Positions 8,546 through 20,238 of a DNA stretch of 50,298 nt are shown piece by piece. The first letter of the stretch is position 1. Every line of letters begins with the position of its first letter. A program made the translations under genes and the position numbers. This DNA comes from Gemmatimonadota bacterium (GTDB taxonomy: Bacteria > Gemmatimonadota > Gemmatimonadetes > Gemmatimonadales > GWC2-71-9). Below the pieces are notes generated by a model. The model worked only from the letters and a program-made list of their open reading frames with translations. It ran no database searches and had not been told where the DNA came from. The stretch is from assembly GCA_039588295.1 (NCBI GenBank), contig JBDHAB010000042.1:1-50298 (forward strand), written 5' to 3'.

Positions 8546-8833
8546 ATGTTTGGACCATTCCGACTCGTTTGATGCGTGAGGTCGCGCTCACTGTCCCACC
8601 GGCACCTCGGAGCACGACCGCGACCAGGCGCACCTGTGCCGCCTTTTCGCCCCAGGGTTGCAAGACCAAAGCCAGTCAGGAGAACGCTTTTCCGCCCCGT
8701 TTGGCACTCACAAACGGGCTGGAATTCCTAGAGTTTTCGTCGGATTGTGGTGCGGTTACCACAAATTCGTGCACCCGGGCTGCCGACCAGCGGCCTGCGG
8801 CGCAACAGTGTAGACGGCCGGTCTCCAGCCCGT

Positions 8834-10387
8834 TCAGCCCAGCTCGTACTCTTTGATCTTGCGGTAGAGCGTCCGTTCGCCGATGCCTAACTTCTGCGCC
8901 GCCCGCCGCCGGTTCCCCTTCGTCTCCTCGAGCGCGGCCTCGATCGCCGCCCGCTCGACGTCCGACATCTTCATCCCGGAGCGATAGACGACCGTCGCCG
9001 CCCGCTCAGGCTCCGCGCGTGGCTCGCCGCCCCCGTCCCCCGAGGGCTCCACCTCCCACGCCTCACCCACCGTGATCTCCTCGGCGGCAAACCGCCGCGG
9101 AGTCTCGATCACCTCCACCCGCCGAGGCTCCTCATCGATCCGCCGCCGCAGCTCCTCCATCTGGAGCTTCAGCTCCATGAGGCTCCGCAGAATGAACTCG
9201 AGCTCCTGGCCGGACACGTCCCGCCCGGGGGCCTGTACCCGCATGGGCAGCAGCCGCGTGCCCCCCTCGCGCACATCCTGCGGGATGTCGCTGGGCCGGA
9301 TTTCCCGTCCGGGCGCCAGCACCACCATCGATTCCACCAGATTCCGCAGTTCCCGCACGTTTCCCGGCCAGTGGGCGTTCACCAGGATCTCCACGGCCTC
9401 CGGCGTCATGCCGCGGAACGAGCGTCCGTGCGTGGCACTCAACTCGCGCACGAACCGGCGCACAAGAATCGGGATGTCGCTCTTACGCTCCCTGAGCGGT
9501 GGGAGATACACGTTCAGCACGTTCAGCCGGTAGAACAGGTCGTCGCGGAACTCGCCCAGTGCCGTCGCCTCCTTGAGCGGGCGATTGGTCGCCGCGATCA
9601 CGCGGACGTCGACACGGATCGGCGCCGCCCCACCCACCCGGAAGAACGTTTGGTTCTCCAACACGCGGAGCAGCTTGACCTGGGTCGACGGGGGAATCTC
9701 GCCGACCTCGTCCAGGAACAGCGTGCCGCGGTCGGCCAGCTCGAACCGGCCGAGCCGCCGTTCGGCGGCGCCGGTAAACGCCCCCTTCTCGTGACCGAAC
9801 AGCTCGGACTCGAGCAGCGTCTCGGGTAGCGCCGCGCAGTTGACCGTGATGAACGGTCCCTCGCGCCGCGGGGAGAGATGGTGGATCGCCTGCGCGACCA
9901 GCTCCTTGCCGGTTCCCGACTCGCCCTCGATGAGGACCGTGCTCGAGACCGGCGCCATCTGCTCGATCTTGACGAGCACTTCCTGAATCGCGGCGCTCTC
10001 GCCGCGAATGCCCGTGTGTTCCTGGAGGCGCCGTCGCCCGATGAGCCGGCGGGCGGCCGCGACGACGTCGTTGGGATCGGCCGGTTTCACCATCCACGCG
10101 GTGAGCCCGACCTGGCGCGCGAGATGCGCCGGATCGGGGTTCGCCTCCTCGATGAGCCCCAGCGTCGAGATCGGCACGGTACGCGCGAGCCGAATCAGCG
10201 TATCCGAACGACGTTCCTGCAGCGCGCCGGTGAGAATCACGACGTCGGGAGCGGCGCGTCGGAATACCTCCGGCGCGTCGTCCTGCGACGAGACCAGCAC
10301 CGTTTCGAATTCGGCCGACTCGAACGCGGCGTTCACCGGCACGGCCGTCTCGAGATCGTCCATCGTGAGCAGTACGCGATCGGTCAT
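8834..10387 (-). CDS. Sigma54-dependent Fis-family activator with atypical receiver domain
   Basis: [50 protein letters not shown] and C-terminal HTH LGIGERTLYRKIKEY; receiver reads DVVILTG where the phospho-Asp is expected. Confidence 0.92.
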   Translation of the reverse strand: MTDRVLLTMDDLETAVPVNAAFESAEFETVLVSSQDDAPEVFRRAAPDVVILTGALQERRSDTLIRLARTVPISTLGLIEEANPDPAHLARQVGLTAWMVKPADPNDVVAAARRLIGRRRLQEHTGIRGESAAIQEVLVKIEQMAPVSSTVLIEGESGTGKELVAQAIHHLSPRREGPFITVNCAALPETLLESELFGHEKGAFTGAAERRLGRFELADRGTLFLDEVGEIPPSTQVKLLRVLENQTFFRVGGAAPIRVDVRVIAATNRPLKEATALGEFRDDLFYRLNVLNVYLPPLRERKSDIPILVRRFVRELSATHGRSFRGMTPEAVEILVNAHWPGNVRELRNLVESMVVLAPGREIRPSDIPQDVREGGTRLLPMRVQAPGRDVSGQELEFILRSLMELKLQMEELRRRIDEEPRRVEVIETPRRFAAEEITVGEAWEVEPSGDGGGEPRAEPERAATVVYRSGMKMSDVERAAIEAALEETKGNRRRAAQKLGIGERTLYRKIKEYELG

Positions 10388-10872
10388 GCGTGATCCGTCG
10401 GCTGGTCCTTGAGCAGTTGAACAGCGTGTTCCACGAGTGCATCGAGCGCCGCGAGCCCATCCCGCACCCCACCGGGACTGCCCGGCAGGTTGACGATCAG
10501 CGCGGTCCCTCGGGTCCCGGCGATCCCGCGCGACAACGCACTGCGCGGGGTCGTCGCGCGGCCGGCCTCACGCAACGCTTCGGCGATCCCGGGAACCTCC
10601 CGCTCCACCACCGCACGCGTGGCTTCCGGCGTCACGTCGCGCGGCGCGAGACCGGTGCCACCGGTCGTGAGAATCACATCGGCCACATCGTCATCGGCCC
10701 ACCGCAGCAGCCAGCCGGCGACGAGATCCGACTCGTCGGCCACCACCTCACGCGCCGCGACCCGATAGCCGCGCTCTCGAGCCCACGTGGCGATCGCGTC
10801 TCCCGACGCGTCGGCCCGCTGACCCGCAGCACCCAGGTCCGAAACCGTGAGCAGCGCCACCCGAATCGCCAT
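10384..10872 (-). CDS. MogA/MoaB family molybdopterin adenylyltransferase
   Basis: LLTVSD, DASG, ILTTGGTGLAPRDVTPEA, NLPGSPGG; start ATG at 10872 (the longer ORF extends into gcvT). Confidence 0.92.
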   Translation of the reverse strand: MAIRVALLTVSDLGAAGQRADASGDAIATWARERGYRVAAREVVADESDLVAGWLLRWADDDVADVILTTGGTGLAPRDVTPEATRAVVEREVPGIAEALREAGRATTPRSALSRGIAGTRGTALIVNLPGSPGGVRDGLAALDALVEHAVQLLKDQPTDHA

Positions 10873-10892
10873 TACGTGCTCGCCACGACGCG

Positions 10893-12005
10893 CTAGGACT
10901 TCCGCACGCTTCCCTTGGTGTAGAACGGCATCTTGACGACTTCGGCTACCACCCGCTTGCCGCGGCTCTCCATCTCGAGGCTCGTGCCCGGCTCCACCGA
11001 GTGGGTCGGCAGGTAGGTAGTCCCGATCCCATGGGCGAGCGACGGGCTGTAGCCGCCGCTGCGCACGACGTCGACCTTGTGGTCCTTGAGATACACGCCG
11101 TAGCCGTGGCGTGGGATGACGCCTTTTTCCTTGCACGCGAATCCGATCAGGCGACGCGTCGGGCCTTTCGCCTTGATGGCGTCCAGTGCGGTCTTGCCGG
11201 CGAACGGGACGCCCTTGTTGAGCTTGACGATCCAGCCGAGCCGCGCCTCGTACGGGTTGATCGTGTCGTCGATCTCGTTGCCGTAGAGGGCGTAGCCCAT
11301 CTCGAGGCGCAGCGTGTCCCGCGCACCCAGGCCACATGGGGTGGCCCGGCCCTCGCCGGCCACCGCGTGCCACATCGCCTGGGCATTCTTGGGCCGGAAG
11401 TAGAGCTCGAACCCGTCCTCTCCCGTGTACCCGGTCCGCGCGACGAAACAGTCCACGCCCGACAGGTGTCCGACCTCGAACCGGTAGTAGCCGATTCGCG
11501 AGAGGTTGATCTTGGTGAGTGGCTGAAGCAGCGCCTCGCTCTCGGGCCCCTGCACGGCGAGCAGGGCCACCTCGTAGGAGATATTCTTCACCCGTGCGTT
11601 CACGTTGCTCTTGCTCGCGACGACGTGTTCCCAGTCCTTCTCCATGTTGGCCGCGTTGACGACCATCATGATGCGGTCGTCGAACCGGTACACAATGCAG
11701 TCGTCCACGAACGTGCCTTCGTCGTTCAGCAGCGCCGTGTACTGGGCCTGCCCGTCCTCCAGCGCACCGACGTCGTTACACGTGAGCCGATTCACCCACG
11801 CGTTGCGGTCCGGTCCGGTGAACTCGAACTCGCCCATGTGCGACACGTCGAAGACGCCGACACCCGTGCGGACCGCCTCGTGCTCCTTGGTGATGCCGGT
11901 CGGATACTGGACCGGCATTTCGTATCCCGCGAAGGGAACCATCTTCCCGTCGAGCGCGACATGGATGTCGTAGAACGGCGTCCGCTTGAGCGATCCTTTG
12001 CTCAT
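10893..12005 (-). CDS. gcvT: Glycine cleavage system aminomethyltransferase T
   Basis: [54 protein letters not shown] at 12005 overlaps the argF stop. Confidence 0.96.
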   Translation of the reverse strand: MSKGSLKRTPFYDIHVALDGKMVPFAGYEMPVQYPTGITKEHEAVRTGVGVFDVSHMGEFEFTGPDRNAWVNRLTCNDVGALEDGQAQYTALLNDEGTFVDDCIVYRFDDRIMMVVNAANMEKDWEHVVASKSNVNARVKNISYEVALLAVQGPESEALLQPLTKINLSRIGYYRFEVGHLSGVDCFVARTGYTGEDGFELYFRPKNAQAMWHAVAGEGRATPCGLGARDTLRLEMGYALYGNEIDDTINPYEARLGWIVKLNKGVPFAGKTALDAIKAKGPTRRLIGFACKEKGVIPRHGYGVYLKDHKVDVVRSGGYSPSLAHGIGTTYLPTHSVEPGTSLEMESRGKRVVAEVVKMPFYTKGSVRKS

Positions 12006-12916
12006 CGACCCTCCTCTCCACCCATGAGTTCGACCATCAGCGCCTTCTGGACGTGCAACCGGTTCTCCGCCTGATCGAACACGCGGGACTGCGGACCCTC
12101 GATCACGTCGTCGCTGACCTCCTCGCCCCGGTGCGCGGGGAGACAGTGGAGGAAGATGGCGCCGGGAGCCGCGAGCTTCATGAGCTGGGCGTCCACCGAG
12201 TAGCCCTTGAACGCCAGCTTCCGCGCCTCCTCCTCCCCTTCCTGACCCATGGACGCCCACACGTCGGTGTTCACCACGTGCGCCCCTTGGACCGCCTCTT
12301 CCGGATCTTCGTGCATCGACACGCGGGTCGTCCGCTCGGCGCGGTCGAAGATGGCGTGGTCGGGCTCGTACGTCTCCGGACACGCGAGCCGCAGCTCGAA
12401 GCCGAGCACGCCGGCGGCCTGGAGCCACGAGTTGGCAACGTTGTTTCCGTCGCCGATCCACGCGACCACCCTTCCCTCAAGACTGTCGAAGTTCTCCTGC
12501 ATGGTGAGCACGTCCGCCAGCACTTGGCAGGGGTGGAGGTAGTCCGTGAGACCGTTCAGCACCGGCACGGTCGCGTGGCGCGCGAGTTCCTCCACGTCCG
12601 CGTGCGCAAACGTGCGAATCATGATGCCGTCCACATACCGCGAGAGCACGCGCGCGGTGTCCTTGATCGGCTCGCCTCGTCCGAGTTGAATGTCACGACT
12701 CGAGAGAAACAGTGCGTGACCACCTAGCTGGTAGGCCCCCACCTCGAACGAGACACGCGTGCGCGTGCTGCTCTTCGTGAACACCATCGCCAGCGTCTTC
12801 CCCGCAAGCGGGCGCTCGCGATAGGCTCCTCGCTTCATCTGCAGTGCCAGGTCGAACAGGGCTCTGATCTCGTCGGCGCTGAGATCAGGGATCTGCAGGA
12901 AATCGCGTTTGGGCAT
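12002..12916 (-). CDS. argF: Ornithine carbamoyltransferase
   Basis: SSTRTRVSFE, HPCQ, DVWASMGQE, FLHCLPAHRGEE, QAENRLH. Confidence 0.96.
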   Translation of the reverse strand: MPKRDFLQIPDLSADEIRALFDLALQMKRGAYRERPLAGKTLAMVFTKSSTRTRVSFEVGAYQLGGHALFLSSRDIQLGRGEPIKDTARVLSRYVDGIMIRTFAHADVEELARHATVPVLNGLTDYLHPCQVLADVLTMQENFDSLEGRVVAWIGDGNNVANSWLQAAGVLGFELRLACPETYEPDHAIFDRAERTTRVSMHEDPEEAVQGAHVVNTDVWASMGQEGEEEARKLAFKGYSVDAQLMKLAAPGAIFLHCLPAHRGEEVSDDVIEGPQSRVFDQAENRLHVQKALMVELMGGEEGR

Positions 12917-13031
12917 GTATCACCAAGCTGGTGTGTCAGAATGACAGAGTAGGTAAGTGATTTTATCTGCGTGACATGCAGGTGTAAAGCCGGGGGATGC
13001 GAATGCTGGGCCTGCCGGTGGGGCGGCATGG

Positions 13032-13049
13032 GGGGCGGACTGCCGCCCC
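13032..13049. terminator. GC-rich hairpin downstream of hslU
   Basis: GGGGCGG-actg-CCGCCCC; no clear U-tract. Confidence 0.35.
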
Positions 13050-13061
13050 GTCTCCGGAGCG

Positions 13062-14596
<1,535 letters not shown>

Positions 14597-14600
<4 letters not shown>

Positions 14601-15160
14601 GAGGACCCCGTCGTGCCGGCACCGAGTTCTACGATGGACACGTTGCGGTTGGTGTACACGCAGATGTCGGCGGCGATCTCGAGACTGCGCTCCACGATCG
14701 CGCGGGCCGTCAGGTCGGGGTTTGGGAGCAACGCCCGCGCGGCGGCCAAGGCGTAGTTCCCGCCACTGCCGATGGCGAGGAACCCGTCGTCGGGCTCGAC
14801 CAGCTCTCCGCTGCCGCTGATGATGAACCCGTGTTCCTGGTTCGCGACGGCGAGCAGCGCCTCCAGCCGTCGGAGCACGCGATCGCTGCGCCAATCTTTC
14901 GCCAGCTCGACGGCCGCCCGCGCGATGTTTCCCGGGAAGCGTTCCAGCTTCTCCTCGAATTTCTCGAACAGCGTGAACCCGTCCGCGGCGGCTCCGGCGA
15001 ATCCCGCGACCACCTTCCCGGCCGCCAGCGTGCGCACCTTTTGGGCGTGCGCCTTCATGACCGTGTCGCCCATGGTGACCTGACCGTCACCACCCATCGC
15101 CACCCTGCCGTCCTTGCGAACGGCGAGGATCGTGGTGGCATGTACGTCGACGTTCTTCAT
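14597..15160 (-). CDS. hslV: ATP-dependent protease subunit HslV
   Basis: TTILAVRK after a short propeptide, [35 protein letters not shown]. Confidence 0.97.
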
Positions 15161-15227
15161 TGGAATCCCTCAAGTACATCAGCCGCCGCCGGATGCAGCC
15201 CGGCCGGCGGCCAGAGTCGCGAGCCGG

Positions 15228-16190
15228 CTACGCCCTCGGGTGCGCCTGTTGGTACACCTTCTTCAGACGCGCCACACTGGTATGAGTATACACCTGGGTG
15301 GTGCTCAGAGAAGCATGGCCGAGCAGCTCCTGGACGGCACGCAGGTCGGCTCCGGCATCGAGCAGGTGGGTGGCGAAGCTGTGGCGCAGGGTATGGACGC
15401 GGTACCCCATGCTCTCGTCGAGCGTTCGCAGGTAGCGGGTAACGATGTGCTGGACACCGCGGGCCGACAGCCGTTTCCCCCGCGCCGACAGGAACAGCGC
15501 CCGCCGATCCACCTGCTTCGAGCGCGTCCCGGCAATGAGATCGTCGCGCTCGGATATGTAGCGTCGCAGCGCCGACGCGGCGTGGCTGCCGAAGGGAACG
15601 ATGCGCTCCTTCTTTCCCTTGCCTCGCACCTTGACTTGCTCCGAGACGATATCGACATCGGACACGTTGAGACCCACGAGCTCCGAGAGACGCATGCCCG
15701 TTGCGTAGAACATCTCGAGCATCGCGAGATCCCTTGTCGGCGTGAATCCGCCATCTGCCGCCAGGGCCTGCGCGTATTCGAACATCACGTCCACCTGCGC
15801 GCGATCGGGCACCGCGGGCAAGCGCCGCTCGAGTTTGGGGATGCGCACACCCTTGGCCGGGTTCTGCTCGATACCGTACCGCGTGCCCAAGAATCGGTAG
15901 AACGTTCTCAGCACCGAGACGGCGCGTGCAATCGATCGTTTTGCGAGCCCCCGCCGCTTGAGCTCACCCATGAACGACCGGAGCGCCAAACGGTCGAGCG
16001 TTTCCCAACTCCAGCGCTCGGGACCACCGAAGTAGTCGTCGCAGAACTTGCAGAACGTCTCCAGGTCGCGGCCGTACGCCTTGACCGTGTGCGGCGAGTC
16101 GTTGCGCTCCTTGGCGAGAAACGTCTGAAACTCGGAGACTTCCGGGTGTGCGCGCTTGCGGCTACCAGCCGATCGACGGCGAGACATCAC
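15228..16190 (-). CDS. xerC: Tyrosine recombinase XerC
   Basis: YATGMRLSEL, GKGKKER, HTLRHSFATHLL, LGHASLSTTQVYTH; classic topA-trmFO-xerC-hslVU order. Confidence 0.9.
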   Translation of the reverse strand: MMSRRRSAGSRKRAHPEVSEFQTFLAKERNDSPHTVKAYGRDLETFCKFCDDYFGGPERWSWETLDRLALRSFMGELKRRGLAKRSIARAVSVLRTFYRFLGTRYGIEQNPAKGVRIPKLERRLPAVPDRAQVDVMFEYAQALAADGGFTPTRDLAMLEMFYATGMRLSELVGLNVSDVDIVSEQVKVRGKGKKERIVPFGSHAASALRRYISERDDLIAGTRSKQVDRRALFLSARGKRLSARGVQHIVTRYLRTLDESMGYRVHTLRHSFATHLLDAGADLRAVQELLGHASLSTTQVYTHTSVARLKKVYQQAHPRA

Positions 16191-17500
16191 ACGGGGATGT
16201 GGGCGATGTCGGCGGCAAACTCGCGCATCGCGGCCAGCGCGCGATCGGCCAGGAGCTCGCGCTTACGGCGCTTGTCCCGCACCGGCGGGTCCAGCGGAGG
16301 GAGCAGTCCGAAATTGGCGTTCATCGGTTGAAACCGTGTGGGGTCCGTCTCGTGGACATACCGAACCAGCGAGCCGAGCATGCTGGCGGCCGGCGGCAGG
16401 AGGGGAGCCGCTCCCTGGAGGACTCGCGCCAGGTTGATGCCCGCGAGGAGCCCGGTGGCGAGCGATTCGGTGTACCCCTCGACGCCCACGAGTTGACCCG
16501 CGAAGAACACGCTCGGGTCATCGCGCGCCGTGAGCTGCTCGGTGAGCGCGGATGGCGAGTTGAGATACGTGTTGCGGTGAACGCTCCCATACCGGTAGAA
16601 CTCCGCCGCCTCGAGGCCCGGGAGCGAGCGGAACACGCGCCGCTGCTCCGGAATGCGAAGCCGCGTCTGAAAGCCCACCAGGTTCCACATCTGGCCGGCG
16701 CGATCTTCCCGCCGGAGTTGCACCACGGCGTAGGGCACGCGACCGGTTCGCGGATCGGGGAGTCCCACCGGCTTGAGCGGGCCGAAGCGCGGCGTGTCAC
16801 GCCCGCGGCGCGCCATTTCCTCGATCGGCAGACACCCTTCGAAATATGGAACCGAATCGAACTCGTGGCCGGCATGTTGGTCCGCCGCAAGAAGCTCATC
16901 GATGAACGTCTCGTACCCTTCCCGGTCGAGCGGCACGTTGAGGAAATCGTCACCCTCACCTTTGCCATACCGTGAGCATCGGTACAGCGGCGTGAGCTCG
17001 AGCGAATCGGCGCTCACAATGGGCGCGATCGCATCGTAGAACGCCAGCGCGTCCAACCCCAGGCGTCGCGCGATGGTGTCGGCGAGCCGATCGGACGTGA
17101 GCGGCCCCGTCGCCACGATGCCCGGCGACGGGAGCTCCGTCACCTCCTCACGCACCACCTCGATACGGGGGTGGCTGCCAACGCGACGTGTCACCTCCTC
17201 GGCAAACACCTCCCGATCGACGGTGAGCGCCGCGCCGCCCGGAATGCGCGCCACCTCGGCCACCTGCATGAGGAGGCTATCGAGCACGCGGAGCTCGGCC
17301 TTCAACACGCCGTGCGCGTTGACCAGCTCGAGTGACTTGAAGGTGTTGCTGCAGACGATTTCGGCGAGCTTGTCCGTCTGATGGGCGGGCGTCGTGCAAC
17401 GAGGCCGCATCTCGAAGAGCGTGACCTGGACCCCGCGCTGTGCGAGCGCCCACGCGGCCTCACATCCCGCGAGGCCGCCACCTACCACCGTTGCCTTCAC
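16187..17500 (-). CDS. trmFO: FAD/folate-dependent tRNA m5U54 methyltransferase
   Basis: VVGGGLAGCEAA, EIVCSN, FYDAIAP, YFEGCLPIE, GPLKPVG, NLVGFQT, GVEGY, PMNANFG; GTG at 17500 overlaps the topA stop. Confidence 0.96.
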   Translation of the reverse strand: MKATVVGGGLAGCEAAWALAQRGVQVTLFEMRPRCTTPAHQTDKLAEIVCSNTFKSLELVNAHGVLKAELRVLDSLLMQVAEVARIPGGAALTVDREVFAEEVTRRVGSHPRIEVVREEVTELPSPGIVATGPLTSDRLADTIARRLGLDALAFYDAIAPIVSADSLELTPLYRCSRYGKGEGDDFLNVPLDREGYETFIDELLAADQHAGHEFDSVPYFEGCLPIEEMARRGRDTPRFGPLKPVGLPDPRTGRVPYAVVQLRREDRAGQMWNLVGFQTRLRIPEQRRVFRSLPGLEAAEFYRYGSVHRNTYLNSPSALTEQLTARDDPSVFFAGQLVGVEGYTESLATGLLAGINLARVLQGAAPLLPPAASMLGSLVRYVHETDPTRFQPMNANFGLLPPLDPPVRDKRRKRELLADRALAAMREFAADIAHIPV

Positions 17501-19953
17501 TCGGTCACTGCTTCCGGGGTCGCTACCTCGACGGTGAACTCGTGTTCGCATTTGAGGCACCGGCGGAACTCGCCCCGCACCTTGGTGACCCGGCGCTCGG
17601 CGCCCAGGTTTCCGCAGGCCGGACAGACGTCAGGCACCGGTCGATGCCAGGACGAGAAGTCGCAGTCCGGGTACTTCGTGCACCCGTAGAACGACCGGCC
17701 ACGCCGCGTGCGACGTTCGATCAGATCACCGGTGCCGCACTTGGGGCACGTGACGCCCAGCGGGATCGGTCTGGTGTGTTTGCACTTGGGATACTGGGTG
17801 CACGCCAGGAACTCACCGTAACGTCCCGTCTTGATGACCATCGGCGAGCCGCATTCCTTGCACAGCTCGTCCGTCGGACGATCCGGCACTTGGTCCTGCT
17901 TGAGCGGCTTGGTGTAGCGGCATTCCGGATAATTGGTGCACGCGATGAACGGTCCAAAGCGTCCGCTCTTCACCGTGAGCTTCCCACCACACTCCGGACA
18001 CGGCTCTTTCTCCAGGTGCTCCACGTCATGCGCTTCCCGAATCAGCGCCGCGGTGTCGACCGACTCGAGTGCCTTGGCGAACGGGTGGTAGAAATCCTCG
18101 AGCACCGCCTGCCACCCGAGCTCACCCTCCTCGACCTTGTCCAGCTCGGTCTCCATCTGTGACGTGAACTCGACGTTGAAGATGTCGGGGAACCGGCTCA
18201 CCATGACTCTGGTCACCGTTTCCCCGAGCTCCGTCGGGAAGAAGCGACGGCTCTCCATTCGCACGTAGCCACGATCTCGCAGCGTCGAGATGATGGACGC
18301 GTACGTGCTCGGCCGGCCGATCCCGTCTCCCTCCAGCTCCTTGACGAGACTCGCCTCACTGAATCGCGGCGGGGGCTCGGTGAAGTGCTGATTCGGCGTG
18401 ATCGCGCGCACCGCCGCCTTGTCGCCCTTCTCGAGTACCGGGACAGGCGAGAGATCCTCAAACGTCTTCTCGTCGCCGGTCTCCTTCGTATCCGCGTAGA
18501 GCACGTGGAAGCCGTCGAACACGGGAACCGAGCCCGTGGCCCGGAACAGGTGTTTCGCGATGTCGAAATCGATGGTCGTCGTGTCGTAGACCGCGGGCGT
18601 CATCTGGGACGCGACGAACCGGAGCCAGATGAGCTGGTAGAGCTTGAACTGATCGGCGTTGAGGTACTGCTTCACGTCCTGCGGACGCCGCTCCACGTCT
18701 GTGGGCCGAATGGCTTCGTGCGCCTCTTGGGCGCGCGCCGATCGCTTCGCTCCGTACACGTTCGGCTTGTCCGGCAGGTAGGCGTCGGCGTAGTGCTTCG
18801 TGATGAAACTGCGCACGGCATCGATCGCCCCGGGGGCAACCCGCGGGGAGTCCGTCCGCATATAGGTGATGAGGCCGACCGCGCCTTCCGTGCCGACCTC
18901 CACGCCCTCGTAGAGCTGCTGGGCGGCCCGCATCGTGCGCTTGGCCGAAGATCCGAGCCGCTTGGCCGCTTCCTGCTGGAGGGTGCTCGTGATGAACGGC
19001 GGCCCAGGGCGACGGCGGCGCTGCTTCCGCTCGACGCTCGCGACGACGAACGGCTTGCCGCGCACCGCGTCGACGACCCTTTGCGCCTCCTTCGCGTTGT
19101 GCAGGTGGGGAGTCTTGCCGCGCAGTTTGTGGAGCTTCGCCGTGAAGCGCTTCTTCCTGGCCTCGAGGTCGGCCTCGATCGACCAGTACTCCTGCGGCTT
19201 GAACTCACGGATCGCCCGCTCTCGCTCCACGATGAGCCGCAGGGCGACCGTCTGCACCCGTCCGGCCGAGAGCCCGCGCTTGACCGACTTCCAGAGGAGC
19301 GGGCTCGCCTTGTATCCCACCAGACGATCCAAGATGCGCCGCGCCTGCTGCGCATCCACCTTGTTCGCGTCGATGTCCTCGGGGCGGTCGATGGCCTCCT
19401 GGATCGCTTCCTTGGTGATCTCGTGGAACAGCACCCGGCGGATCTTGGACCCATTGCCGAGCTGTTCCGCCACGTGCGATGCGATCGCCTCGCCTTCCCG
19501 ATCCGGGTCGGTGGCGAGCAGCACGGAACCCGCGTCCTTGGCCGCACGCTTGATGGCGGCCAACTGCTTTCCCTTACCGCGGATGGTGACGTACTTCGGC
19601 CTGAATCCCTTGTCGACATCAACCCCGAGCTCGCGCTGCGGCAGATCGCGGACATGCCCCACGGTGGCCTTCACCGTGTAGCCTGAATCGAGGTATCGGT
19701 CGATCGTGCGGGCCTTGGCCGGAGATTCCACCACCACGAGCGTCCGCGAGCGCCCTGGTGCCTTCGCACCCGTGGTCCATTTTCTCGCGGTGGATTTCTT
19801 GGCCGTCGACTTCTTGGCGGTGGATTTCTTGGTGGCCGGCTTCTTGGCGGTAACCTTCTTCTTTACGCGCTTCGCGGAGGGACGGGTCGACTTGGCCCGG
19901 GATGTCCGCGCAGTGGACTTCTTCGACTTGGACGCTCTCTTCTTTTTCGGCAT
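17497..19953 (-). CDS. topA: DNA topoisomerase I (type IA) with Lys-rich N-terminal extension and three C-terminal Zn ribbons
   Basis: LVVVESPAKA, ATDPDREGE, SAGRVQT, LITYMRTDS, GIGRPSTYA, CPECGG / CKECG / CPKCG; ATG at 19953. Confidence 0.97.
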   Translation of the reverse strand: MPKKKRASKSKKSTARTSRAKSTRPSAKRVKKKVTAKKPATKKSTAKKSTAKKSTARKWTTGAKAPGRSRTLVVVESPAKARTIDRYLDSGYTVKATVGHVRDLPQRELGVDVDKGFRPKYVTIRGKGKQLAAIKRAAKDAGSVLLATDPDREGEAIASHVAEQLGNGSKIRRVLFHEITKEAIQEAIDRPEDIDANKVDAQQARRILDRLVGYKASPLLWKSVKRGLSAGRVQTVALRLIVERERAIREFKPQEYWSIEADLEARKKRFTAKLHKLRGKTPHLHNAKEAQRVVDAVRGKPFVVASVERKQRRRRPGPPFITSTLQQEAAKRLGSSAKRTMRAAQQLYEGVEVGTEGAVGLITYMRTDSPRVAPGAIDAVRSFITKHYADAYLPDKPNVYGAKRSARAQEAHEAIRPTDVERRPQDVKQYLNADQFKLYQLIWLRFVASQMTPAVYDTTTIDFDIAKHLFRATGSVPVFDGFHVLYADTKETGDEKTFEDLSPVPVLEKGDKAAVRAITPNQHFTEPPPRFSEASLVKELEGDGIGRPSTYASIISTLRDRGYVRMESRRFFPTELGETVTRVMVSRFPDIFNVEFTSQMETELDKVEEGELGWQAVLEDFYHPFAKALESVDTAALIREAHDVEHLEKEPCPECGGKLTVKSGRFGPFIACTNYPECRYTKPLKQDQVPDRPTDELCKECGSPMVIKTGRYGEFLACTQYPKCKHTRPIPLGVTCPKCGTGDLIERRTRRGRSFYGCTKYPDCDFSSWHRPVPDVCPACGNLGAERRVTKVRGEFRRCLKCEHEFTVEVATPEAVTE

Positions 19954-20010
19954 AGCTCTCAACGGTGTCGAGGTCCAAGCTCTCGCTCCGTCCTCAACCA
20001 CGCCTCAACA

Positions 20011-20155
20011 GACCACGGCTTCAGCCACAGCCGGTTCTTCGATCCCAAGGCTCGCGAGGCCCAGACCGGAGGGTGCCTCCAGCCTAGGCCGATCCGCGTA
20101 ACCTCTTGGACCGCAGTACGTTCCAGAGACTCACCCCACACCGGGCGGTCGGCTC
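20011..20155 (-). ncRNA. Candidate structured non-coding RNA (possibly 6S/SsrS-like) or topA leader
   Basis: Intergenic, preceded by a promoter-like element; ends can pair (GACCG with TGGTC; CCGGT with ACCGG); internal GGCACCCTCC resembles the GGCACCCACC element of Firmicutes 6S RNAs. Short for 6S and not folded computationally. Confidence 0.35.
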
Positions 20156-20166
20156 TGGCGGGGCAG

Positions 20167-20196
20167 ATTATTACCACCTGGTCAGAATTCGCGCAA
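20167..20196 (-). promoter_or_regulatory. Sigma70-like promoter upstream of the candidate RNA and topA
   Basis: TTGCGC, 17-nt spacer, TAATAA(T), with TG at the extended -10 position. Confidence 0.4.
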
Positions 20197-20238
20197 GCTG
20201 GCAGAGCATGGGCCGGTCGGGCCGGGTCGCCAAAACGA

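Noticed and set aside
15228..16190. Tyrosine recombinase as the integrase of a mobile element
   Set aside because: It sits in the conserved topA-trmFO-xerC-hslVU housekeeping order with overlapping genes.
20040..20115. SAM-I riboswitch resemblance (TCCAAGAG...GGATCGGCC...GGCACC)
   Set aside because: Lacks GAGGGA, GCAACC and GTGC-AA core elements, and the downstream gene is topA.
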